From the IMG/VR virus record IMGVR_UViG_3300042544_003795, positions 96,001-160,000 of that record: DNA of 64,000 nucleotides; one strand, given 5' to 3'. The notes below the pieces were generated by a model. That model searched no databases. It was not told where the DNA came from and saw only the letters and a program-made list of their open reading frames with translations. The position numbers were made by a program, and so were the translations under genes. The number at the start of each line of letters is the position of its first letter. Within the stretch, counting starts at the first letter, position 1. Shown here piece by piece: positions 1 through 9,702 of the stretch. Origin of the DNA: a virus.

Positions 1-863
1 ATTAAATTTAATAATGAATCTAGATTATACTTTTCTCTATGAGACTTTTGAACAATATAAATATAATTAGCTTCTATATTCAAAGCTTCTATAACAACTT
101 GAATCATGGGTTTTCCGTTTACCTCGACTAAAGGTTTTGGGAAAGTATACCCCGCTTTTTCAAAGCGAGAACCTGCTCCAGCCATTGGAATTAAAACATT
201 TAGCTTATTATCTACCCATTTAGGAATCATAGGTTTAGAGTTTGTATTAATAGATTTTATTTTAGAGAAAACATTTTCAGATACCACTTCTGAAGAATCC
301 CTTACTCTAAGTACATGAGATTGACTTCTTTGTGCCGCTAATAATCCATAAGGAGAGTCTTCTACAATCAATGTTTCTTCACTTAGACATTCGGCTTCCG
401 AAATAGCTTTCCAATACATTTCTGGATGAGGTTTACTATTTTTTACATCCTCATTAGATAATACAAAATCAAAATAATTAATAATTTGCAATCTTTTTAA
501 TACAGTCAAAATTGTTTTTTTAATAGAATTTGAACAACAAGCTATTTTATATTTATTATCCGATAATTTTTTTATAAGATTTAAAATATTTTCATTCACT
601 TCTATTCTCTGTAAATGCTCTATAGTATATCTTTGCTTATTTTCCCATATACTATGATGAGAACTCTCTGGCAATCCTTTGTACTGGGTTAGCATAGAAA
701 GTTTTTGACTTGTTTTTAAACCATCATATAAACTTATATGCTCAGATTCTAGTATAACAAATTCTTCTCCAACTTCTCGAAGAGCACGATTTAAAGATTC
801 AAAATGAATTTTTTTTATATCTACTAAAACTCCATCTAAATCAAATATTACTAATTTTATCAT
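1..863 (-). CDS. HAD-family phosphatase fused to sugar-nucleotidyltransferase-like domain (3' end runs off the window; missed by ORF track)
   Basis: Manual translation from ATG at 863: MIKLVIFDLDGVLVD (HAD motif I)...SKPHPEMY...IVEDSPYG, then LNVLIPMAGAGSRFEKAGYTFPKPLVEVNGKPMI (NTP-transferase N-terminal signature). Confidence 0.85.
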   Translation of the reverse strand, partial: MIKLVIFDLDGVLVDIKKIHFESLNRALREVGEEFVILESEHISLYDGLKTSQKLSMLTQYKGLPESSHHSIWENKQRYTIEHLQRIEVNENILNLIKKLSDNKYKIACCSNSIKKTILTVLKRLQIINYFDFVLSNEDVKNSKPHPEMYWKAISEAECLSEETLIVEDSPYGLLAAQRSQSHVLRVRDSSEVVSENVFSKIKSINTNSKPMIPKWVDNKLNVLIPMAGAGSRFEKAGYTFPKPLVEVNGKPMIQVVIEALNIEANYIYIVQKSHREKYNLDSLLNL

Positions 864-935
864 TTTAACGAATCTTTCATATCCAAATAATTGCCGAGTT
901 ATTGACCATTAAATTAAAGATATAGTTTCTATACA

Positions 936-1619
936 TTAAGAAAGTGCAATAATTTTATTTAGAGTTTCCTTTGAAGTTTCTTCAAATACCCTATCTTTTC
1001 CGGCTTTTGTAATAATAACCTCGGAATGAGGATTCATTGAAAATTTATATTTTTCTCTAACCTGTTTAGACCAAATCACATCTTCGCCTTCTCCCCAACT
1101 AAGCCTTTCATCTAAAGGAAATTCTAACATAATATTTTTTTTGACTATAAAATATCCTCCAGAAATATACATGAATTTTGTTAAATGAGAAATATTGTAA
1201 GGAATCAAACATTCTCTTCCCACAACACCGTCCATCCAGTTTCCATTATGAGGCCAAATACACCAGTCTCTAAATCGAGAGCCATCTGTATTAATTATTT
1301 TATCCATTCTAATTTCAAAGTCATTACCTCGACATAGTTGGCCTTGATACCATTTTTCACCTAAAATAAAATAATCATGCATAAATACAAGATTATCATA
1401 CTGAGCAGTTTTGACTATTAAATTTTTCTTTCTAGTTATCCAAGCCGATTTTCTACTTTCATCAAAAATAATAGATTTTACATTTTTTCGATTATACTCA
1501 TGAGGTCCAACTACAATTATTTCATATCCTTTTATACCCTGAGATTCAATAGAATCAAAAATCATTTCCATTCTGTCGTCTGAATGGCCATCTGTAATAA
1601 TCCCAAAAGTAAAATTCAT
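936..1619 (-). CDS. GT-A fold (GT2-like) glycosyltransferase
   Basis: FTFGIIT...YEIIVVG, ITRKKNLIVKTAQYDNLVFMHDY, WGEGEDVIWS. Confidence 0.7.
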   Translation of the reverse strand: MNFTFGIITDGHSDDRMEMIFDSIESQGIKGYEIIVVGPHEYNRKNVKSIIFDESRKSAWITRKKNLIVKTAQYDNLVFMHDYFILGEKWYQGQLCRGNDFEIRMDKIINTDGSRFRDWCIWPHNGNWMDGVVGRECLIPYNISHLTKFMYISGGYFIVKKNIMLEFPLDERLSWGEGEDVIWSKQVREKYKFSMNPHSEVIITKAGKDRVFEETSKETLNKIIALS

Positions 1620-2431
1620 ATATATTTAGATAAAAATTCTGAAAATATGTAGTCGTCTATTAATTTATACCCGGCAATAAGCTCGAAGTTTCTTTTAACG
1701 CTTTCAATTTTTGAAAAATATAAATCAGGATTTAAATCTTCTATATCTATATCATCTAAAAATAAAATACCATTCGAATCAAAATGATCGCTGATTTCCC
1801 TTGTGCCTTTGTAAATAGGAATGGTTCCAGTAGCAAAACAATCTAAAATTTTTTCTGTAAAGTATGTATCATATGTAGCATTTTCTATAGCAATTGAAAA
1901 CATATAATCTTTAAGCCCCTCCTCTTTTTCTTCTATCTCTCTAAATCCTCTTCCATATACATCTATTTTATCTTTATTTTTCTCGGCGAAATTTACCCTA
2001 TATTTCTGTTGTTCTGTCCAGACTTTATTAGATGTAATCATAGAAATTAATCTAGATTTATCATAAATTTTAGGATTTTTTATCCATGAATTTGTAGTGT
2101 AAACTTTATGGAATTTATTGCTTAAAGAAGATATTTCATCACTATAAGTAAATACATCTTCAAAAGTATCTTCTATAAGTTTTATATTATTTTTAACTAT
2201 TTCTATAGCTCCTCCATTAAATTCGGGAGACTCTAATAACCACAGGAATTTAATTTTATCACAATTTTCATTTACAGCTATAGATAAATCAGAGTCTACA
2301 TAAACAGAAACTTTAGAATTTTTTGTTTCATAATCCCATTCAAATAATTCGGGAGTGCAATTATGACAAGATGAATTCCCATGAGAAAAACATTTTGATA
2401 TCATATTAATCTTATTCATATTTTTATTCAT
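1616..2431 (-). CDS. GT10-like (alpha-1,3-fucosyltransferase-like) glycosyltransferase
   Basis: YMFSIAIENATYDTYFTEKILDCFATGTIPIYKG matches the GT10 fucosyltransferase motif. Confidence 0.75.
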   Translation of the reverse strand: MNKNMNKINMISKCFSHGNSSCHNCTPELFEWDYETKNSKVSVYVDSDLSIAVNENCDKIKFLWLLESPEFNGGAIEIVKNNIKLIEDTFEDVFTYSDEISSLSNKFHKVYTTNSWIKNPKIYDKSRLISMITSNKVWTEQQKYRVNFAEKNKDKIDVYGRGFREIEEKEEGLKDYMFSIAIENATYDTYFTEKILDCFATGTIPIYKGTREISDHFDSNGILFLDDIDIEDLNPDLYFSKIESVKRNFELIAGYKLIDDYIFSEFLSKYI

Positions 2432-3188
2432 CTGAAGCTTTTAAAAAACCATTACTATAAAAAACAGGGACTTTTATAAAACTATCTAAATATATTTCAT
2501 CCATATCTGGTCCTTTAGGTCCAGTCCATAAACTAGGAACTATAACTTTTTTACTTACATTTCTATTTAAAAAAGAGCCCCACCAAGAAAATGTAGAGTT
2601 TGATATAATATTATTCCCACATAGACTCATCATCCATAACTCCTCATAATCTTCTAAATCTTCAACTACTGTAAAATTGCTATTATTAAAATTTTCTTTA
2701 GCCCAAGCTTTATCATCTGAGAAAACGAAAACTTTACTGTAATCTCCTATTGTCTCAATAGCTTTATTTATATAAGAAATATCTACGATAGGAAGGATAT
2801 CTGATATAGTTAGATAGTCTCCTCTTCTTATATGAATAGATAGAGTCCCATTACAAGATAAATCTGGATAGCTTTGATATACTTTATTAAAGAAATCAGA
2901 AGAAGGTGAAAACATTCTCTTTATATCACTTTCAATTTCTTTAAAATACTTAACACTTTGAAAATATCCATTCAGTACTAAAGAATTAGCGTATTCATCT
3001 TCAGTCATTGAAAAATCAATATTCCTAAAAATATTATTAGTATACTTAGAAGGCTGAAATGCTTGCATAGGGGTGTATGCTTGTGGCATAAATTTGTATT
3101 CAATCCCATATTTTCTAGATTCAGATATTACATTTGAAATCTGAAACATTTGATTTCCCAAACCACCTTGAAGAAAAGAAGTTATCAT
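2424..3188 (-). CDS. GT11 alpha-1,2-fucosyltransferase-like protein
   Basis: GGLGNQMFQ, GYFQS, SIHIRRGDY, FVFSDD, IISNSTFSWWG. Confidence 0.85.
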   Translation of the reverse strand: MITSFLQGGLGNQMFQISNVISESRKYGIEYKFMPQAYTPMQAFQPSKYTNNIFRNIDFSMTEDEYANSLVLNGYFQSVKYFKEIESDIKRMFSPSSDFFNKVYQSYPDLSCNGTLSIHIRRGDYLTISDILPIVDISYINKAIETIGDYSKVFVFSDDKAWAKENFNNSNFTVVEDLEDYEELWMMSLCGNNIISNSTFSWWGSFLNRNVSKKVIVPSLWTGPKGPDMDEIYLDSFIKVPVFYSNGFLKASDE

Positions 3189-3197
3189 TTTAATATA

Positions 3198-3902
3198 TTA
3201 AGAATATAAATTATTAATTGCAGTTTTATGTCTGTTTTCCAAATCTGAATAATCAGTTATACGATTTTCAATAGAAGAAAAACCCGGACTTTGACTACAT
3301 AACATTTCTTTACTAATAAAACATGAATTATTAAAACAAAAATATTTAGCTAAAAAAATATCAAATATTTTATAAGAATGCATCTCTTCAATAAAAATAG
3401 ACTCATTCGGAAAAATTTCTAATATTTTCAAAATACCTTTTCTTGAAAAAGAGATAGCATGACAACAGTAAGCACTGTTCAACTTAAAAAGATTATCAGA
3501 AAACTTTTCTATAGGATAGATTGTGTAGTCATACATTATATTAGCACCTAAATAAAATATATCCCAGTCTAAAGGCAGACTATCTATAGATTGCTTTAAA
3601 AATAAATTTGTACTCTCTTTATCATAAATAAATTCAAAATCATCTTCAAAAATTAAAACTGAATTAAAGTTTTTCGCATAAGCATCTTTAATTACTCTAT
3701 AAAAAGATAACGAACACCCCAATTGAGATTTATCTTTTTCTGATAAAAAAGTATAATCATTATCATTTATTTTTACGCCATTAAATTTTTCGAAATTATC
3801 AATCCCATAATTATTAAAATTTATTAAAGAATTTTCAAATCTATCTTTTCTTTCTTCAAGATTTATAAGATATATTTTTTCAAAGAAAGAGAATGCATTC
3901 AT
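3198..3902 (-). CDS. GT25 glycosyltransferase (LPS/LOS biosynthesis-type)
   Basis: YLINLEERKDR, LGCSLS, LIFEDD, WDIFYLG. Confidence 0.8.
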   Translation of the reverse strand: MNAFSFFEKIYLINLEERKDRFENSLINFNNYGIDNFEKFNGVKINDNDYTFLSEKDKSQLGCSLSFYRVIKDAYAKNFNSVLIFEDDFEFIYDKESTNLFLKQSIDSLPLDWDIFYLGANIMYDYTIYPIEKFSDNLFKLNSAYCCHAISFSRKGILKILEIFPNESIFIEEMHSYKIFDIFLAKYFCFNNSCFISKEMLCSQSPGFSSIENRITDYSDLENRHKTAINNLYS

Positions 3903-4594
3903 AAAATAGATTTAAAATATTCAAATCGGTTGGACATTAAATTTGTATAATCGAAAAATGCATTTTCTATAGATGAAAAAGCAGGCTCTTGCAAACATAA
4001 AATATCTTTCCATACAAAACATTTGTTAGAAACTTGAAAATCTTTTGCAAAAAAAACATCTATGGCTTCATAATTTTTCATTAAATTTTCTAACCAATCT
4101 CCTTTACCTTCAAAAAAATTTAAAATTTTATTTAATGCTTCTTTAGAAAAACAAACGCTATGTAAAGCATACCCACTATTTAATTTAAGTAAATTTTCAG
4201 AATATTTTTCGATAGGGTTTGACATTATCTCATTCATTACATTCGCGCCTAAATAAAACATATCCCAATTCTCTGGCATTTCCTTAAAAGCTCTATCTAA
4301 ATTATTTATAATTTCATCTTTAGATACAGTAAAATCAAAATCATCTTCTAAAACTAAAATTTTTTCATAACTATTTTTAGAAGCATCTTTAAATACATTA
4401 TAAAAAGAAGCCGCGCAACCTATTTGACCTAATTTTTTAGAACTTAAATTGCCATTTACTTTAACACCATCAAATCTTACATAATTAGTAATCCCATACT
4501 CTTTAAATTTTTCCTCGCACAGATCCCATCTATCTTTTCTCTCTTCAAGATTAATACAATAGACCTTATCAAAAAAACTACATATACTTCTCAT
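3899..4594 (-). CDS. GT25 glycosyltransferase, tandem paralog of 3198..3902
   Basis: YCINLEERKDR, IGCAAS, LVLEDD, WDMFYLGAN. Confidence 0.8.
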   Translation of the reverse strand: MRSICSFFDKVYCINLEERKDRWDLCEEKFKEYGITNYVRFDGVKVNGNLSSKKLGQIGCAASFYNVFKDASKNSYEKILVLEDDFDFTVSKDEIINNLDRAFKEMPENWDMFYLGANVMNEIMSNPIEKYSENLLKLNSGYALHSVCFSKEALNKILNFFEGKGDWLENLMKNYEAIDVFFAKDFQVSNKCFVWKDILCLQEPAFSSIENAFFDYTNLMSNRFEYFKSIL

Positions 4595-5425
4595 TTAGTT
4601 TTCAAATATTGAAACAGTTTTATCTTTTGATTCTCTAAGGAAATTTATTAATTCCAATCCTCTTAAACTGCACCAGCTTTCTAAAAGATATGCTATGTTT
4701 TGATTTCCTATTACATCTGTATTAAGACAATTAGCTTCAATACAAACCCTAGAAAGAGTTTCAAAAACTTTAGGGAAAAATACAAAATTTCTAGAGGAAG
4801 CTAAAATTTCACAGAATTTTTTATGCTCTGTATTATGATTTATTCCTATATAATTATAATTATTCTTTAAACAAAAATCTTTTGCTCCTTTTGCATTTTT
4901 TTGTTCATATAAATGATCCATAAAACATGCATCATATTTTTTATCTATATTTTGCAAAGACTCTAGATTAATCAAATTTTCTTCTGACCAAAGATTGACA
5001 CTAGATTCCACATTGCTTAATTCTAAATTTAGCTCAATTATTTTTTTGTGAGTTGAGCTTTGTGCTACTATTTTGTAGGAATTCTTATATAAATTATAAT
5101 TAGCAATTTCGCTTTTAGGAGCTATGAAGTTTTCATATATACTTGGATCTCGACTCTTTAAAAATTTATGATCATGCTCATATATAATATATTTTTTATT
5201 TTTTAGAGCATTTACAGACCCAGAAGGTAATCCTCCAAAATTACCAATAATAAAAATATCAGAATCGCAATTAGAAATATAATCAGGAGAACAAAAAAAT
5301 GAGTAAACTCTTTCTACTGAATGACCTTTTTTTGAAAGACATTCAATAAGTTCTTTATTACAAGTTTCTCCTCCTCCTGAAAAACCATCTTCATAAAATT
5401 CATCTGATATAAATGTATATTTCAT
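4595..5425 (-). CDS. Putative GT-B glycosyltransferase
   Basis: SGGGETCN N-terminal motif; FVFFPKVFETLSRVCIEANCL resembles the GT4 E-x7-E motif. Confidence 0.55.
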   Translation of the reverse strand: MKYTFISDEFYEDGFSGGGETCNKELIECLSKKGHSVERVYSFFCSPDYISNCDSDIFIIGNFGGLPSGSVNALKNKKYIIYEHDHKFLKSRDPSIYENFIAPKSEIANYNLYKNSYKIVAQSSTHKKIIELNLELSNVESSVNLWSEENLINLESLQNIDKKYDACFMDHLYEQKNAKGAKDFCLKNNYNYIGINHNTEHKKFCEILASSRNFVFFPKVFETLSRVCIEANCLNTDVIGNQNIAYLLESWCSLRGLELINFLRESKDKTVSIFEN

Positions 5426-5443
5426 ATTTACAGTTTAAATATT

Positions 5444-6733
5444 TTACTCTGCATTGTCTAATAATTGAGTTTCTAATCCTAAGAATTTAAGATCCTTGAG
5501 CTTGTAAGCCTCCCATTTAAAAGGAACTTGTCGAGAAACAACTACGCCTTCCATTGGGAGCTCAGTAGAACATAAAGGATCTACTTTATCTAGATACTCA
5601 AATTCTAATCTCTTTAAGAAAGTTTTACCCCATTCAGAAGAGTCAAAAGGAATATCAAATAAATCCTTGGCTTTTCCATAGTAGTAAGTTTCTGGAGTTT
5701 TTAACTGCTTCTTCTTACAATAAGCTTGAATTTGTTCATGAGAAAAAGAAATAACTTCTCCATCCTGATTAGTATAATCAATTCTAAATACTAGGAAATC
5801 TCTTTGCCCTTTAAGAATCCCATAATCATATGGAGTTTGAATCATTGACTGCCCATTTACCCAGCCAATTACCTCTCCATAAACAGAGATGCCCTTGTCC
5901 AGCTTTGGATAAACTTCATCAGCAACAGACTTCCAAATGTCCTCTTTGTAAAAACCTTTTGAAACTCCAATTGCAATATCTTTATTTTTGATTACATTTC
6001 TAGAAGCATACAGCATCCCATATTCTTCTTCTGGAACTTTGAATCCCAGAAGTTTAACAAGCTTTTCTAAGAGAGAAAGACGGCGCTTGATTAAAACATT
6101 AGCTACGACACCATTGCTTCCATGATATTTATTTGTAATAGAAATATAATCTTCAGGATTAATCTTATAGATTTCTTTTCTCAAATTTTCTGTATCAGAA
6201 TGGAGTCTAAATTGATTTTCTACTAATCTTTCAAATTTTTTAACTTTTGTTTTCGTAGATGGCGAACTGCTTTCTTGAATAGGCGGCTCATATTTAGAAA
6301 TAAATAATTCACCACAAATGGTATCAAAAGAAATATTCTCTTCAATATCTTTTAAGAACACTCCGTATTCACTAGAAACAAATTCAGAAAATCTTTGGAA
6401 AGAGATAATATAACCATTAGAATATTCCCCTCTCAATTTTATCATTTTGACTCTGCCTTTAGCATCAAAAAATCCTTTGACAGTTTTGTCCTGATTTAAA
6501 AGAGGATCTCTAAAAGAATTACTCCAAGATAAAAACTTGGAAGAAATTTGACTTTCGACAGGGCAATATACATAAATATCACCGACTTTAGAAGTTAAGT
6601 CAGTAACGACTATTGAATTCTGTATCTCTGCCAATTGCAATTTATCAGCATTTGGGTGAGGGTAAACAGAATCCAATTTTAAAATTTGAGCTAAATAATT
6701 TGAATTATAATCTTTAGAAGTAGAGAGTGTCAT
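5444..6733 (-). CDS. RNA ligase (DRB0094/Rnl-type) with N-terminal tRNA-binding-like OB domain
   Basis: PHPNADKLQ OB domain; motif I TNKYHGSN, VYGEVIG, FLVFRI, EGVVV, AYKLK. Confidence 0.75.
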   Translation of the reverse strand: MTLSTSKDYNSNYLAQILKLDSVYPHPNADKLQLAEIQNSIVVTDLTSKVGDIYVYCPVESQISSKFLSWSNSFRDPLLNQDKTVKGFFDAKGRVKMIKLRGEYSNGYIISFQRFSEFVSSEYGVFLKDIEENISFDTICGELFISKYEPPIQESSSPSTKTKVKKFERLVENQFRLHSDTENLRKEIYKINPEDYISITNKYHGSNGVVANVLIKRRLSLLEKLVKLLGFKVPEEEYGMLYASRNVIKNKDIAIGVSKGFYKEDIWKSVADEVYPKLDKGISVYGEVIGWVNGQSMIQTPYDYGILKGQRDFLVFRIDYTNQDGEVISFSHEQIQAYCKKKQLKTPETYYYGKAKDLFDIPFDSSEWGKTFLKRLEFEYLDKVDPLCSTELPMEGVVVSRQVPFKWEAYKLKDLKFLGLETQLLDNAE

Positions 6734-6738
6734 AATTA

Positions 6739-6766
6739 AATATACAAAAATTTTTTAATCTGTCAA
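6739..6766 (-). promoter_or_regulatory. sigma70-like promoter TTGACA-N16-TATATT, probably leaderless for the RNA ligase
   Basis: -35 at 6761-6766, -10 at 6739-6744, ATG 5 nt downstream at 6733. Confidence 0.6.
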
Positions 6767-7165
6767 CTAAATTTGAACCATTTTTATGTCGAACTTGTGA
6801 GCTATTTCAAAAGACTTTTCACCTTTTTCATAAAAATCTCTAAAAAATACTTGTTTTATTCCATACATTGCAATGTCCATAATACAGTTTTCACAAGGAG
6901 ACAATGTAACCGCTATCAGTTTCCCTTCTCCCGGCTTACAATATCTCAATGCTGACCTCTCAGCATGAGAAACGAATGGTCTGCGACCGTCCCTACAAGA
7001 CCAATCTATATCGTGTCCCGGTATAGAGCCATTGTAACCTAATCCAGCTACACTATTGTCATGTCTTAAAATACAAGCTCCACATTTTACATATGGGTCT
7101 TCAGATCTTGAAGATGCTGTTTCGGCTAATTTTAAAGCATATTCTTCCCAAAGTATTCTACTCAT
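6767..7165 (-). CDS. dCMP deaminase
   Basis: RSEDP..KCGACI, GYNG, HAERSAL, LSPCENC zinc deaminase motifs. Confidence 0.85.
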   Translation of the reverse strand: MSRILWEEYALKLAETASSRSEDPYVKCGACILRHDNSVAGLGYNGSIPGHDIDWSCRDGRRPFVSHAERSALRYCKPGEGKLIAVTLSPCENCIMDIAMYGIKQVFFRDFYEKGEKSFEIAHKFDIKMVQI

Positions 7166-7170
7166 TTTTT

Positions 7171-7503
7171 TTATTCAAAAAGGTTTTCATCTTCTTCTTC
7201 TTCCCCATCTTCATCTGAGTCCTCTTGAAGAAAAGTAATTGTATCTTCGAAAGAAACTTCTTTAAGAGAATCAGATATATCACTTATCTCTTTACATTTT
7301 TCAGAGAAATGAAGGGATGCTAAAGATAGAATTAAATTACAGCTGAATAAAGTTTCTTTTTCATCCATCCCTTCTAAAGCTGAATGATTAAGAATATTAT
7401 GCCAATTAACAAATGCTATTGTAGATATTTTTTCCGCAGTATTAGGGAAAACTTTCTCTATAAGCTCTAAGACATTTTCTACTGCATTTTTATTTTCAGA
7501 CAT
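7171..7503 (-). CDS. Hypothetical protein with acidic C-terminus
   Basis: ORF in operon context. Confidence 0.55.
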   Translation of the reverse strand: MSENKNAVENVLELIEKVFPNTAEKISTIAFVNWHNILNHSALEGMDEKETLFSCNLILSLASLHFSEKCKEISDISDSLKEVSFEDTITFLQEDSDEDGEEEEDENLFE

Positions 7504-7506
7504 ATA

Positions 7507-7959
7507 TTAATCTATTATACCGTTTATAAGTTTTCTTTTTGCTCTGAACTTCATAGATCTAGAACCTTCTCCTTTTGTTAAACAATTAAAATGGTTCTTG
7601 CTTAAGCTTTTCAAGGAATTTAAAATATCTAAACCTTCTAAATCAGAAAAGGATTGATCTTTAGAATTTGAAACATATTTATAAGATACTTTTTTTCTTT
7701 TTATGAAGTTTTGTATTCTATTATTAATGCAGACAGAACAGAATGTTAAAAATTTAGTTTTATTATCAGGATTAAAAGCGTAGATAGCCGAAATTATAGC
7801 ATCATGAGATTCAGACAATAGATCCTCTGTATATCCAAAATTTTTATACTTATTGCAGACTATAGTATTAGCAAGTTTATAAGACTGCTCAAGTATATCC
7901 TTACCCATAGAGTAATCTCCTGTTAAACAAAAGTTTTTTACCTTTTCTTCTAGAATCAT
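7507..7959 (-). CDS. Small sigma70-family factor (region 2 clear; region 4 weak or absent)
   Basis: EDLLSESHDAIISAIYAFNPDNKTKFLTFCSVCINNRIQNFIKR matches region 2.2-2.4. Confidence 0.7.
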   Translation of the reverse strand: MILEEKVKNFCLTGDYSMGKDILEQSYKLANTIVCNKYKNFGYTEDLLSESHDAIISAIYAFNPDNKTKFLTFCSVCINNRIQNFIKRKKVSYKYVSNSKDQSFSDLEGLDILNSLKSLSKNHFNCLTKGEGSRSMKFRAKRKLINGIID

Positions 7960-8522
7960 TTTACTGAAAATTGAGAGTTAAATATAGGAATACATCCACA
8001 AAAAATTTGGTTTTTGAAAGACTCTCTAATAATAGAGAATTGACTTAACCCTTCAATTAGTTTATTTTTGCTACCTCTTAAAATTTTAGGGAGAATCAAT
8101 AAAGGATTTTCAGAGAAAAGTCTATCTACTCCGGGCAATTTAAGATCATAACAAATCTTTAAAAGATTACCCATGTAAGGATGAAGTCTAAAATCTTGAA
8201 CAGAAACATTCTCTTGAACTATCTCGAATCCTTCTTTAGTCATTTTTAATTTAGACATTTCAGCTTCCAAAGAGGAGTACATATTAATAATTTCCCAATC
8301 TATTAATGTGAAATTTTCACTTTCAATTTTATCAGAAGATAATACAGAAAGAAAAACATTCAAAGAATCATCTTGAGGAGGCATATTACCGAAATTAACT
8401 AAGCCATGAGAGATATCTTTTAGAGGCTTATGAGATAAAACTACTATTTCAGTATTGCTTTTTTGAATAAATTCTCTTAAATTTTCTTCTTTTTGATGTG
8501 GGTAAAAAGTAGTAAGAATCAT
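7956..8522 (-). CDS. Hypothetical protein
   Basis: ORF coupled to neighbours by overlapping start/stop. Confidence 0.55.
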   Translation of the reverse strand: MILTTFYPHQKEENLREFIQKSNTEIVVLSHKPLKDISHGLVNFGNMPPQDDSLNVFLSVLSSDKIESENFTLIDWEIINMYSSLEAEMSKLKMTKEGFEIVQENVSVQDFRLHPYMGNLLKICYDLKLPGVDRLFSENPLLILPKILRGSKNKLIEGLSQFSIIRESFKNQIFCGCIPIFNSQFSVK

Positions 8523-9376
8523 TATTTATTATATTTAGATTTTAATATAGCAATGAAACTCATAGCCGCTGCTGGGTCAACTCTATCGACTGTAGTCCAT
8601 TTAGGGTTCCAATCAAAACCTTCTACAGTAGCTAATTCTTTCAAAGAGTGTACATCCATGGAATACTTGTCTAAATGTTGAGACAATAGAGATTGTATTT
8701 TTACAGTCTGAGCTTCAGCTCTTACGTCTTCTTGCTTCATCTCGTCTTGGCCCAAGGATATAATACCTAAAGAATGCCTCACAGCTCTGATAAAAGCTCT
8801 ATTTTCAGCAATTGTTTCTAAAAATTTAGAAAACTTTTCATCAGTATTTGAAGTGGAAGCATTTGCTGTAGCACCGACTGTCATTTCCAAAGGGCTTTCT
8901 ATATTCGGTATCCACTTAATCACAACCTTCATTGTAACACTATCACCAGAAGAAGAGACTGGGATAGGATCAATCATAGAATATCCTCTAATCGAAGCCA
9001 ACTCTCTGAACCCTGCCAATTTAATCACAAGATCTTCCTCTGGGGATTCATCTATTAATCTATCAAGATCTTCTTGACTTAAATCTTCCAATGGAATTGC
9101 TCTAGCAGCAAAATTATACTTGTTCAATACAATGTGCTCTCTTGGAATAAGTTTCCTCCAATCTATAAGTCCATTAGACTTTAGTGGATAATTAACATTA
9201 TTTAAAAGACCTGCTTCGTTTCTCAATGGTTTAAAAACACCGTCTTCCGGTTGAACAAATAAAAGAGGAGAATCTAAACCTGTTTTTGCAGGTGCAATAA
9301 CTCTTTTCTTAGAAGACTTTTTTACAGTTTCCTCTTGAGAATCTTTAATATCAGAATGATTACTAGACTTAAGCAT
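8522..9376 (-). CDS. Possible single-strand annealing protein (Rad52/RecT-like)
   Basis: IKLAGFRELA...VTMKVVI...GATANAS...TIAENRAFIRAVRHSLGI resembles the SSAP core helix (MAEKRA..RA.R...G). Confidence 0.4.
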   Translation of the reverse strand: MLKSSNHSDIKDSQEETVKKSSKKRVIAPAKTGLDSPLLFVQPEDGVFKPLRNEAGLLNNVNYPLKSNGLIDWRKLIPREHIVLNKYNFAARAIPLEDLSQEDLDRLIDESPEEDLVIKLAGFRELASIRGYSMIDPIPVSSSGDSVTMKVVIKWIPNIESPLEMTVGATANASTSNTDEKFSKFLETIAENRAFIRAVRHSLGIISLGQDEMKQEDVRAEAQTVKIQSLLSQHLDKYSMDVHSLKELATVEGFDWNPKWTTVDRVDPAAAMSFIAILKSKYNK

Positions 9377-9381
9377 AAATT

Positions 9382-9702
9382 CTACTGTAGTTTGTTGTAA
9401 ATTTTTATAACATTCAAGATATCTTCGAAAGAAGTATCTGGACTGTCGTTGAACTCAGCAACAAAAAAACTTTTACCAGTATATAATCCGATAGCTTTTG
9501 ATAATTTAGACATTACCTTTGAACGAGATTGAGATTCAGGTTCTGAAAAATAAGTAACTGCTCCATGGAGAGAGAAACAAATAGGTTCTTTTGTATCCTC
9601 TTTCCATTTCCTAGTAAATGAGAAATTAGAGCCATCTTTATTTAGAGCTCTACCATTTTGCAGCCACTTGTTTTTATTAGTGAATATTTTATTTAGATTC
9701 AT
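9382..9702 (-). CDS. Conserved phage hypothetical protein (W.Q...C...GA...F/W-ND..T..V pattern)
   Basis: KWLQN, CFSLHGA, EFNDSPDTSFEDIL. Confidence 0.5.
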   Translation of the reverse strand: MNLNKIFTNKNKWLQNGRALNKDGSNFSFTRKWKEDTKEPICFSLHGAVTYFSEPESQSRSKVMSKLSKAIGLYTGKSFFVAEFNDSPDTSFEDILNVIKIYNKLQ

